32,000 nt of DNA from the NCBI RefSeq assembly GCF_008189405.1, contig NZ_CP043316.1:420001-452000 (forward strand), given 5' to 3'. Below, one piece after another: positions 10,111-18,554 of the stretch. The DNA comes from Candidatus Saccharimonadota bacterium (GTDB taxonomy: Bacteria > Pseudomonadota > Alphaproteobacteria > CAJXXZ01 > 1604HC). The notes under the pieces are model-generated. The model had not been told where the DNA came from. It saw only the letters and a program-made list of their open reading frames with translations, and did no database searches. The position numbers and the translations under genes were made by a program. Each line of letters opens with the position of its first letter. Within the stretch, counting starts at the first letter, position 1.

Positions 10111-10516
10111 ACTGATTTGTTTCACCACATTTCATTACATTAAACGTACAATTATACTTTGAGAATCTGATGTAAAACTGTAATTGAATTGAATGAAAAT
10201 ACCAATCATATATTTTAAGCTTTAGTTTTTTTTATATTTTATACACTTTATTATCCTAATTTTATAGAATTAATAAATTTACCTTTGCTAGCTGAATAAA
10301 ATGCACTTAACATTCATTTTATCCATATAGCATGATTTGATTACTTATCAAATTTAATACAACTAATTAAGCTAAGCATAAGAATCAATCAATACTTATT
10401 TCACTATATATTTTAGTTAAAAAAAACATTATTCACTTGATTTATATATTTAACTTTTATCAACTTATTAACTTTATGCACCCAAATATCATTAACTTCC
10501 ATGCATATAATAATTA

Positions 10517-10849
10517 TTAAAAGGCTGATTTATTTAATGATAATTGTAAAGATGATAGTAAATCTATAAAGCAACAGTCAAACACTTCACGCTTTAGTAC
10601 AATCACAATATCTTTAGCAATTACAGAATGATGTTCGCATAAAATACGATCAATAGCATTTTTAATTCTTCTTTTACATTTATTACGAACTACAGCATTG
10701 CCAAGCTTTTTGTTAGCAATAATCCCTATCCTAATTTTATCTTCATTATTATCAATACTACGAATAGAAAAAAACTTAGAAAAAAAAGGCTTTTCTTTTT
10801 TAGCTTTTTGAAATATATATCTACAACTTAAAGCAACATATTTGCGCAT
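10517..10849 (-). CDS. rnpA: RNase P protein component
   Basis: The basic RNR-like motif KKLGNAVVRNKCKRRIKNAI is present. It starts immediately after the rpmH stop, the classic rpmH-rnpA pair. Confidence 0.85.
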   Translation of the reverse strand: MRKYVALSCRYIFQKAKKEKPFFSKFFSIRSIDNNEDKIRIGIIANKKLGNAVVRNKCKRRIKNAIDRILCEHHSVIAKDIVIVLKREVFDCCFIDLLSSLQLSLNKSAF

Positions 10850-10984
10850 TTATGCTGAGATTTTACTTCTACCTTTTCTACGTCTTGCTGACATTACATT
10901 GCGTCCATCTTGAGTAGACATTCTTTTTCTAAATCCATGTCTTCTTTTTCTGACTAATTTACTTGGTTGATAAGTACGTTTCAT
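10850..10984 (-). CDS. rpmH: 50S ribosomal protein L34
   Basis: My own translation gives [44 protein letters not shown] (44 aa). It is not in the supplied track because it is short. Confidence 0.9.
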   Translation of the reverse strand: MKRTYQPSKLVRKRRHGFRKRMSTQDGRNVMSARRRKGRSKISA

Positions 10985-11064
10985 AGTAAAATTTTCGCGT
11001 TTTTTGTTAAATATGTCAAGAAGAGATATTGTAAAAAAAAATCATAAGGGTTAGAATTTCAACT

Positions 11065-11155
11065 GGAGAGGTGGCCGAGAGGCTTAAGGCGGCGGTTTGC
11101 TAAACCGTTATACGTTTCTAACGTATCGAGGGTTCGAATCCCTTCCTTTCCGCCA
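11065..11155 (+). tRNA. tRNA-Ser, anticodon GCU, 91 nt, CCA encoded
   Basis: I folded it by hand. The acceptor is GGAGAGG/CCTTTCC and the D stem has 3 bp. The anticodon stem is GCGGT/ACCGT with loop TTGCTAA. There is a long variable arm (ATACGT-TTCTA-ACGTAT), a T arm GAGGG-TTCGAAT-CCCTT, discriminator G and CCA. Confidence 0.85.
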
Positions 11156-11290
11156 ATTCATTTTTTTTGTATTTTATTGCGAGAGGAAGGGCAAAAACAA
11201 GATTTAAAATACCCTTCCTTTCCGATTTCATTTTATTCAATCGAGTAGATATCCTATCTTTCCGCCATCATTTTATTCAGGCGAGTAGAT
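11140..11290 (+). repeat. Degenerate direct copies of the tRNA-Ser 3-prime end plus flanking sequence (att-like scars)
   Basis: The genuine tRNA end is CCCTTCCTTTCCGCCA-ATTCATTTT (11140-11164). It recurs as CCCTTCCTTTCCG-ATTTCATTTTATTCAATCGAGTAGAT (11212-11250) and ATCCTATCTTTCCGCCA-TCATTTTATTCAGGCGAGTAGAT (11251-11290). A related ATTTTATTGCGAGAGGAAG occurs at 11171-11189. AGGAAGGG (11185-11192) is inverted relative to CCCTTCCT (11212-11219). Confidence 0.6.
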
Positions 11291-11297
11291 GAATATA

Positions 11298-11471
11298 GTA
11301 TTTTAGAAGTGCAAAATTAGCATTAGCACAATTAATGCAACTGAATCATATAATGCTCTGTACATTGCGATCGGAAGCTTCAAATTACTATAGAATAACT
11401 GTCATGCAAAATGCAGGACAGAATAAATGCATAAATATCTGGTTGAATTATGGCGTATTTTTAGTGAAATG
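11298..11471 (+). pseudogene. Truncated, frameshifted remnant of a GH108 muramidase paralog (3-prime third only)
   Basis: The nucleotide string aligns by eye to the reverse complement of 3489-3650. Two frames together read ..INATESYNALYIA / RSEASNYYRITVMQNAGQNKCINIWLNYGVF, against IATINEANSYALLCALRSEAANYYRIIVMQNANQNRFINGWLNRAYF in the intact gene. There are in-frame stops near 11318-11330. Nothing is left of the catalytic N-terminal part. Confidence 0.7.
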
Positions 11472-11473
11472 AT

Positions 11474-14413
11474 TTATTGAACAAATATTGGAGAAAGTGA
11501 ATATAGAAAATCATAAAATACAAACCCAATTATATGAAGAACAAAATCCATTACTCTAATATTTTTTGTAATAGCGGGCCCATTAAATAATAAATATGCT
11601 AGTTGCATAGGAATAAATGCAGAATTTACATTAATCATTCTTGTATCCCATTCTACATCATCACTGCCAATCATTTTACAATACATTATAGGATACATAG
11701 ATGCAATTAATAAACTATACATATCCTCTTCACTATTGTTCCTTAATTGTGAAAATATATGTTGAAATAAAGCGCCTCCTAACATAAATTTAGTCCAATA
11801 GAAACTATTAGTACGCATATAATCTGTTGCAAGTAATAATGATATTGAACTTGCAATGGATTTAAGGTTTTTGAAATTATCCTTACTAAGAAGATTAGCT
11901 TCATATTTTATCAAATTAGCTGTATTAACTACTAATTTATATACTGGATATGAACTAATAACTGAACCAGCTAATATTTTCATGCAAATTAAGTCATTAT
12001 TTGTCATATAATCAATATGATATGTTGATATTGTTGCTATAAAGAATAACATTGCCTTGGTATAATAATCACGATAAACATGATTTTGCATATCATATTC
12101 CATATATTCAATAATATTGACTATAGATCTTATTGCAATATATGGGTAAACAATTGAACCAGCGAATATTTTTGTACAAAGTAAATTATTTTGTGCTATA
12201 TAATCTATTGCATATGTGAGCGATGATATAATTGAAAGAACTTCAATAAGATTAAGCTCGCCTGCATTGCTTCTAATAGGAAGTTCAGCTTCATTTTTCA
12301 TAATTTTTGCAAATTCATTATTCATGTCCGAGCTTATAACATATTCAGCAAGTTTAATGCCTGATCTGCATGCGACATATGGATAAGTAAATGAACCTAT
12401 AGTTAATTTGCTCCAATAAAAATCTTCATTCCCTGCTATATAATCTACAGCCGATGCTGATAATGATAAAAATGCACACAATTTAATAATATTAAGATCA
12501 AGATTTTTAACTTCATTTTTCATAATTTTTTTGATTTTATTATTAATGTCAGAGTTAATAATATATTCAGCAATATTATTATATAAGTGATTTAAGTATG
12601 ATATTTTAAGCTGTATGCTTGAAGCAGATCCATGATCATTAGTTGAGTATAACCAATCAGGGCAATACTTTTTTTCTCCACCATCACCTTTTTTTTGATA
12701 GGATGTTATTTTTTTTGATATGGTTTTTTGATCTTTATCTGAGCTAAATGTAATTAAATTATTTAAATCACTTTTCAAATAGTTATATGCAACATTATCA
12801 GTTTTATTATTGAATAAATGCAATATATAAGAAATATAATAATTTATTGCCCCTTTATCTAGTTTTATAATCTCTTTATACCAATTTATATGTGGATGTG
12901 GTTGCTGTGTTCCATGTCCTGCTGATACATATATTACACTGGGTTTAAATAACTTATTTAGTAACAGCATAGTAGTTGCTTGGCCTGCAGAACCATGATG
13001 AGGTGTTAAACATATAATGTCTCCTTTCAATAAATTATCATTTGGCAATAATTTAATTAACTCATTAATTGCACTTTCATAGCTTTTCCCTGAGATTTGT
13101 TTTAATTTATCAATTTTTTCCAATATGTCTTTCAATAGCATGTTACTTTTTTTATCTTTGTTTTTAACCAATTTAAAAGCTGTGCTATCTTCAGCATCTC
13201 CTGTACATAAGTTTTTAATCAATTCAAAAGCTGTACTATCTTCAGCATCTCCTGTGCATAGCATTGATACTTGCTTTGAAATGCAATGTTTTGAATATTT
13301 ATGTGTAAATGAAATAATGGGGCTTGCTGCATTACAACCTGTAGTATTCATCGACCATATGTATATATAATCTTTCAGCTGATTAATAGCATTATCAAAT
13401 TTATATAAAATGCTTGTATATATTGAACTTCTCTTTTTTGTAACATCAAATAACTTTTTAATATCACCAGCAAAAAATGGATATTCATAGAAAGATAAAT
13501 GATAATACCCTGCAGTATATCCTGACACTTTTATTACCTCATTTACACCTGTATATTTAGTATCATCATTAGAAGGAAGGTTATTTGCGTTCTCACTTCT
13601 ATCTCTTTGTGGAGATAAAGATCTTTCAGCTTTGTGCATTTCACCTGTATTTTTATTATGCCAATCCCCACATAAAAATGATATTACATCTGTTTTTATT
13701 GGATAAATTAATTTTTCTATCTTATTTATATGATCTTTTTCTGGATGTGATAAGAATATAATAAGCAAATCTAAATCTTTAAGTTTAGAGTTAACTCTGC
13801 TAATCATTTTATTCTCTACATTTTTTCTAGAAGCGTTTGCATATTTTCTATTTGCTATTATTGATAATTCAAGCGCTGTTTTTATAGATTCTGCTTCACG
13901 CTTCTTATATCCAGTAAGTGAATCTATTAATGTATCTATTTTTTCTTTAATCTTCTTATCATCAAATTGCAATATATCAGATTCTTCATTTTCTTGCATA
14001 TATGTAGATAAAGAAAACTCTTTATATGCACATGATATATCTTCTTCTGATACTGCATTTTTATGAGCAAATATTGTATTTATACCCTGTTGCAAATAAC
14101 TTTGAAAATAAAATTGCTTTATTAATTCTTCTACTGCTTTTTCAGCTTTTTTCTTTGCTTCATATGCTGCTTTTATATTTTCATCACCCATCATATCATT
14201 CCATGGATATACACAACTCCCGCAATCATACAAGAATCCAATTCTACCTGCACTAGTATTATATTTATTCAACTGGCAATTACCTTGCCCGACGTCAAAT
14301 ATATGAAATTCACTATTCCATACTACCGCTCCAATAGAAGCACAAACCATACTAAGATTTCGTGCCATTTTTAGCAAATTCTGACCTATATAATCACTAT
14401 CAATATGTTTCAT
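11474..14413 (-). CDS. Paralog P2 of the ComEC-type MBL-fold family; the longest member, with four hydrophobic C-terminal repeat modules
   Basis: GGAGG lies 4 nt upstream of the ATG. Motifs are EFHIFDVGQGNCQL, IGFLYDCGS, LLIIFLSHPEKDHIN, FLCGDW, IYIWSMNT, SPIISFTH, LCTGDAEDST (duplicated), LTPHHGS, YVSAGHGTQQPHPHINW and CPDWLYSTNDHGS. The C-terminal roughly 375 aa (11474-12600) are repeated hydrophobic modules. Confidence 0.8.
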   Translation of the reverse strand: MKHIDSDYIGQNLLKMARNLSMVCASIGAVVWNSEFHIFDVGQGNCQLNKYNTSAGRIGFLYDCGSCVYPWNDMMGDENIKAAYEAKKKAEKAVEELIKQFYFQSYLQQGINTIFAHKNAVSEEDISCAYKEFSLSTYMQENEESDILQFDDKKIKEKIDTLIDSLTGYKKREAESIKTALELSIIANRKYANASRKNVENKMISRVNSKLKDLDLLIIFLSHPEKDHINKIEKLIYPIKTDVISFLCGDWHNKNTGEMHKAERSLSPQRDRSENANNLPSNDDTKYTGVNEVIKVSGYTAGYYHLSFYEYPFFAGDIKKLFDVTKKRSSIYTSILYKFDNAINQLKDYIYIWSMNTTGCNAASPIISFTHKYSKHCISKQVSMLCTGDAEDSTAFELIKNLCTGDAEDSTAFKLVKNKDKKSNMLLKDILEKIDKLKQISGKSYESAINELIKLLPNDNLLKGDIICLTPHHGSAGQATTMLLLNKLFKPSVIYVSAGHGTQQPHPHINWYKEIIKLDKGAINYYISYILHLFNNKTDNVAYNYLKSDLNNLITFSSDKDQKTISKKITSYQKKGDGGEKKYCPDWLYSTNDHGSASSIQLKISYLNHLYNNIAEYIINSDINNKIKKIMKNEVKNLDLNIIKLCAFLSLSASAVDYIAGNEDFYWSKLTIGSFTYPYVACRSGIKLAEYVISSDMNNEFAKIMKNEAELPIRSNAGELNLIEVLSIISSLTYAIDYIAQNNLLCTKIFAGSIVYPYIAIRSIVNIIEYMEYDMQNHVYRDYYTKAMLFFIATISTYHIDYMTNNDLICMKILAGSVISSYPVYKLVVNTANLIKYEANLLSKDNFKNLKSIASSISLLLATDYMRTNSFYWTKFMLGGALFQHIFSQLRNNSEEDMYSLLIASMYPIMYCKMIGSDDVEWDTRMINVNSAFIPMQLAYLLFNGPAITKNIRVMDFVLHIIGFVFYDFLYSLSPIFVQ
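13161..13262 (-). repeat. In-frame 51-bp tandem duplication inside P2
   Basis: 13161-13211 and 13212-13262 differ at about 5-6 positions. They encode LCTGDAEDSTAFELIKN and LCTGDAEDSTAFKLVKN. Confidence 0.85.
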
Positions 14414-14489
14414 TTTCCTCCAATTAATTAATAACCATCAAAATTGTAATATTATGGCATAAAGCGATTAAGCCAACACAATAAATGTT

Positions 14490-14540
14490 GATAATTGCTC
14501 AGATTGTAACCTATTTTACAGGCAATTTGAATAGCAACCT
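14490..14540 (-). promoter_or_regulatory. Putative sigma-70 promoter plus conserved CAATTAT box upstream of P2
   Basis: In gene orientation it reads TTCAAA (14531-14526), a 17-nt spacer, TACAAT (14508-14503), then CTGAGCAATTATC. The same architecture and spacing occur upstream of P3, P4 and P5. Confidence 0.4.
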
Positions 14541-14613
14541 AGAATTACCTAAATTTCAATCAAACTCAACAATCAAGATTTGAGAGCCAATTTAGTATGG
14601 ATTTTTCAATTTC

Positions 14614-16773
14614 CTATTCTGATTGTGTATCTGTATTTGCAGCAACTTCTAATTCTTGAATTCTGTTTTGTAACTCTTCTAGTTTAGTTTGCATTTCATC
14701 TTGCTTATTTTTAGATTTTTGATTTTTTGCCTTTAATTCTTTGATTATGGTTTGTGCTTCTTGATTTTCATCTTCTAATTTTATAGCTTTAACTTGAATT
14801 TTAGATATTTCGTTCATGAGATTATCATATGCATATTCATCCTTTACATTATAACTCCTATTTTTCATTCGTCTTTTTATAATAGGCACTTTTCTACCTT
14901 TTGACTTTTTTGTTTTATCAGATAATACTGAGCCATGCATTTCTAGTGTATTAATTTTATCTATTAATAGCTGATTATCAAGCATATAACCATCTATTAA
15001 CAGTTGATTATCATGCATGCATCTATTAATTTTATCTATTAATAGCTGATTACTGAGCATACAGTTGAATTTTATATACATTTCACCATGGCTATTTGTT
15101 GAATATAGCCATTCTGGACACTGTTTGAATCCTTGGCTTTGTGATGAAAACCCCATAGACTCAGATGAAAAACACTCTAATGTTATGCCTTTATTTAGTA
15201 TTTTAGTGAGATTTTCATTACAGTCTTTTGCGCCTTTTATATTTTGCATAAATTGTTTGTAATGATCTTCAATGTTTTCTATTTTAGGACAATAACTACC
15301 TTGTTGATTCTTACCTATTGTTATTGGAAGAAACCAGTTTATATGCGCATGTGGCTCTCTAATCCCTTGTCCATTTGATACATATATAGCACTGAATTTA
15401 AATAATTTATACAATAATAATGTGTCATAATATTGCTCTTGAGACCCATGATGAGGAGCTATACATATAATATCTATATCTTCATTATAACAGCCAAAAT
15501 TTGTTTTTATCATCTCTCTAAATAGATTTGTCTTGCCAATATATTTAATAACTTCTTTATAAGCATCTATGTATTCTTTATATCCAATATGCTTACCATT
15601 TTCATTCTTACTATGCTTATGTTCCAAGCATTTCTGTAATTCTTTTGCTTTTTCTAATAGACCTTTTGCATCTGGAAAATAACTATAAATGAAGTTAACA
15701 ATTGTATATGCATCAGCATCTCCAGTACAAAGCATAGATATATATTTATTTTTTGTTTTAACTATATCTATTTCTTGCATTACACTTTCACCTTTGTGAT
15801 TTTTATATAAACGATTCTCCTTATCTATATACTGATATTTATATTTATGTGTAAATGAAATAATTGGGCTTGCTGAATTATCATTACCTTCAATATTAGT
15901 GTTCATTAGCCATATGAATATGAAGCTTCTCAACTCACTAATTGCACCATCAAACTTAGTTAGTAAAATATGCTTCCTTGCATAATTATGCTTTGTTAAA
16001 TAAAATAATTTTTCAATATTCATTGAATTGTTTAGCGTATCACACATTAAATCTCCATTAAAATCTTTAAAATTATGCGGATATGCTACAAATAAATTCT
16101 CTTTTCTTATCGTTTGTTTGCTATCATCCCAATAGTTATATAATCTTTCTCTTTCTAAAGTTTCTTTTATGCTTTGAGCAATGTTTGTATTTTTAGTCCA
16201 ATCACCACATAAAAATGCAACTATCTTTAAATCAGGATTTCTTTTGCTAAGCTCTTTTTTAGTATTATTACAATATTCACTTAGATCTTTAGGATCTATT
16301 ATATGATTTATTATATTTATATGGTCTTGATCTGGATGCGATAGAATTATTACAAGCAAATTTAAATCTGTAAGCTTATCATTAATTTCATGGATTAATG
16401 TATCATCTTCCTGATTTAAAGATATACAAGATATTTGATAATCTAAATCTTTTTTTTCTCTTTTTTCTCCTAAATCACCTTTGTACATTTCTTTCATATA
16501 TTCATTTTGATCAGAAATACGTTTTGGATATTCACTGCTCCCGCAATCATATAGGAATCCAATTACTTCTCTTTTATTTTGCTCTACCGACACCCCATAT
16601 TGATCTTTTTTATTATACTCAATAACATACTTATTAAGCTGGCAATTTCCTTGCCCAACATCAAATATATGCATTTCGCTGCTCAGAACTATAGATTCGA
16701 TCGATATGAACCCAACATTAACTGCAAGCATTAAGCAATATAATCTGTCTGATATACTAATATTACTATTCAT
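14614..16773 (-). CDS. Paralog P3 of the ComEC-type MBL-fold family, with a C-terminal coiled-coil tail
   Basis: GAGGT lies upstream of the ATG. Motifs are EMHIFDVGQGNCQL, IGFLYDCGS, LLVIILSHPDQDHIN, FLCGDW, IFIWLMNT, SPIISFTH, LCTGDADAYT, IAPHHGS, YVSNGQGIREPHAHINW and CPEWLYSTNSHGE. The C-terminal part is heptad-like and K/E/Q-rich. Confidence 0.8.
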   Translation of the reverse strand: MNSNISISDRLYCLMLAVNVGFISIESIVLSSEMHIFDVGQGNCQLNKYVIEYNKKDQYGVSVEQNKREVIGFLYDCGSSEYPKRISDQNEYMKEMYKGDLGEKREKKDLDYQISCISLNQEDDTLIHEINDKLTDLNLLVIILSHPDQDHINIINHIIDPKDLSEYCNNTKKELSKRNPDLKIVAFLCGDWTKNTNIAQSIKETLERERLYNYWDDSKQTIRKENLFVAYPHNFKDFNGDLMCDTLNNSMNIEKLFYLTKHNYARKHILLTKFDGAISELRSFIFIWLMNTNIEGNDNSASPIISFTHKYKYQYIDKENRLYKNHKGESVMQEIDIVKTKNKYISMLCTGDADAYTIVNFIYSYFPDAKGLLEKAKELQKCLEHKHSKNENGKHIGYKEYIDAYKEVIKYIGKTNLFREMIKTNFGCYNEDIDIICIAPHHGSQEQYYDTLLLYKLFKFSAIYVSNGQGIREPHAHINWFLPITIGKNQQGSYCPKIENIEDHYKQFMQNIKGAKDCNENLTKILNKGITLECFSSESMGFSSQSQGFKQCPEWLYSTNSHGEMYIKFNCMLSNQLLIDKINRCMHDNQLLIDGYMLDNQLLIDKINTLEMHGSVLSDKTKKSKGRKVPIIKRRMKNRSYNVKDEYAYDNLMNEISKIQVKAIKLEDENQEAQTIIKELKAKNQKSKNKQDEMQTKLEELQNRIQELEVAANTDTQSE
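14951..15060 (-). repeat. Three imperfect roughly 35-bp tandem copies inside P3
   Basis: TTAATTTTATCTATTAATAGCTGATTA occurs at 14951 and again at 15026, with a diverged copy between them. They encode (D)NQLLID(K/G) three times. Confidence 0.6.
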
Positions 16774-16837
16774 TTGACCTCAATCTATTAATAAGTTTCA
16801 GATTTTATAGCATAGCATACACCATGTTTCTAAAATT

Positions 16838-16880
16838 TTATAATTGACTGAAATATACATCGATTTGTATAGTTATGCAA
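16838..16880 (-). promoter_or_regulatory. Putative sigma-70 promoter plus CAATTAT box upstream of P3
   Basis: In gene orientation it reads TTGCAT (16880-16875), a 17-nt spacer, TATATT (16857-16852), then TCAGTCAATTATAAAA. Confidence 0.35.
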
Positions 16881-16999
16881 TATTACTATTAGTGTTTTTC
16901 GACGATTTAGGAAGATAATCAAGTTTCATATTATACTGATTTTCCAATTATGATTATATAGAATCACATATAACCTATGCATATTATTATCCGCTTAGT

Positions 17000-18427
17000 C
17001 TAAACATACATAATTTCATAGTGCTTCAAATTTTTCTTATATTGAATGAATTTCAATGCATCTAATAAGCTACCTTCTTCATCAATTAATCCTAAACTCT
17101 TAGCATCTCTTCCTGTATATACTTGCCCTAAACTAATCTGGCGAGAATATTCTAAACTAAACTTTCTTTGATTTGCGACTAACTTTCTAAATTGATCCAG
17201 CGCATCTTTAATATATACGATGATTTCTTTTTTCTGCTCTGCAGTAATAGGTGTATATGAGTTAATATCTGGCATATCATGTGAATCTATATTTTCTACA
17301 TTCACCCCTGGTGTTTGAATATGTACATGATTCATAATAACCCCAATTGATCCAACTAATGCACATTTAGGAGCAAATATCTTATCTGCACTCAAAGCTA
17401 ATATGTATGATCCAGATGCACAAATATCTTTAATAGATGCCACAAGCAACTTTTTCTCTTTCAGCTTTATCAATGCATTATATATTTCATTGGAAATGTA
17501 CGCACTCCCTCCTCCGCTATCAATTCGCAATATCACAGCTTTAATTCTAGGATTTCTCGCAATATTATCTATTTGACTTATAAAGCTCATATTTCCTAAA
17601 TAAGATCCAGCACGAATAGTACCATTAACATTGATCACTGCAATTTTATTATATGATTTTCTATCTTTGCATATTCTAGCATATTTGAATGTACTCAATT
17701 TATTATTATATCTGCTACTCCAAGTGGCAAAGTTAGATATATTAATAAAAGAATATTTCTTTGCGATATCTGCATTCTTATGCATTCCGAGCATTCCATT
17801 TTCAATATTAGTATGTAATTTAATATCATTGATTACTAAATCAGAACATGCTTTTAACAATTTTTTCAACCCATCCTTATATTCATCACTCATGCTGTTC
17901 CTAGATTCACTTTCTGGGGTTTTAAATTCTCCAGTTGCAATACTAGTAACTTCAATTCCTTGAGCCTTTAATGCATCACGTACAAATGGCATATGTATGT
18001 GAATTCCAGAAATATGGCTCATTTCATTTTGTGTTAACGTAATACTTGATGCATGAGAAGCTAAATACAATGATTTAAATGTCAAAGATGGAATATAAAA
18101 ATCCACAAATTTCTTATTTCTCTTAAATAGATCAAATACTTGGGTCAATTCATTAATATTAGCGATTGAATCTTCACTTGCACAAAAAGCTCCCTGATAA
18201 TTAATCGCAATGCCTCGTACTTTAGGATCATGCGCAGCTTTGTTTAATAAGCATAAAAATTGATTGAACTGATTATGCTGGAAATATAAATCATCAAACC
18301 CATAGGTCAAAGTAATTTTATTACTATATTGATACTTAAACATTTGATAAAAAGATTTCATTGAACTAAATCCCAATAAAACAAACAAAAAATTTCTTAA
18401 AAGCTTCATATGCTGCTCATTGTACAA
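17000..18427 (-). CDS. sppA: Signal peptide peptidase SppA (S49 family), two-domain form
   Basis: There is an N-terminal membrane anchor. The C-terminal domain reads RIDSGGGSAYISNEIYNALIKLKE..ICASGSYILALSADKIFA..VGSIGV. The N-terminal domain is a degenerate copy. Confidence 0.8.
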   Translation of the reverse strand: MYNEQHMKLLRNFLFVLLGFSSMKSFYQMFKYQYSNKITLTYGFDDLYFQHNQFNQFLCLLNKAAHDPKVRGIAINYQGAFCASEDSIANINELTQVFDLFKRNKKFVDFYIPSLTFKSLYLASHASSITLTQNEMSHISGIHIHMPFVRDALKAQGIEVTSIATGEFKTPESESRNSMSDEYKDGLKKLLKACSDLVINDIKLHTNIENGMLGMHKNADIAKKYSFINISNFATWSSRYNNKLSTFKYARICKDRKSYNKIAVINVNGTIRAGSYLGNMSFISQIDNIARNPRIKAVILRIDSGGGSAYISNEIYNALIKLKEKKLLVASIKDICASGSYILALSADKIFAPKCALVGSIGVIMNHVHIQTPGVNVENIDSHDMPDINSYTPITAEQKKEIIVYIKDALDQFRKLVANQRKFSLEYSRQISLGQVYTGRDAKSLGLIDEEGSLLDALKFIQYKKNLKHYEIMYV

Positions 18428-18554
18428 TTATATTAATCTTTTATCTATGTCACATATACCATAAACAGTAATAACTGAAATAAAATTCAAATCTCTATCA
18501 CATTATTCAGTTTTTTGGGAATCGCTAATTTTCAAAAATCAAAAATTTGAGAAT

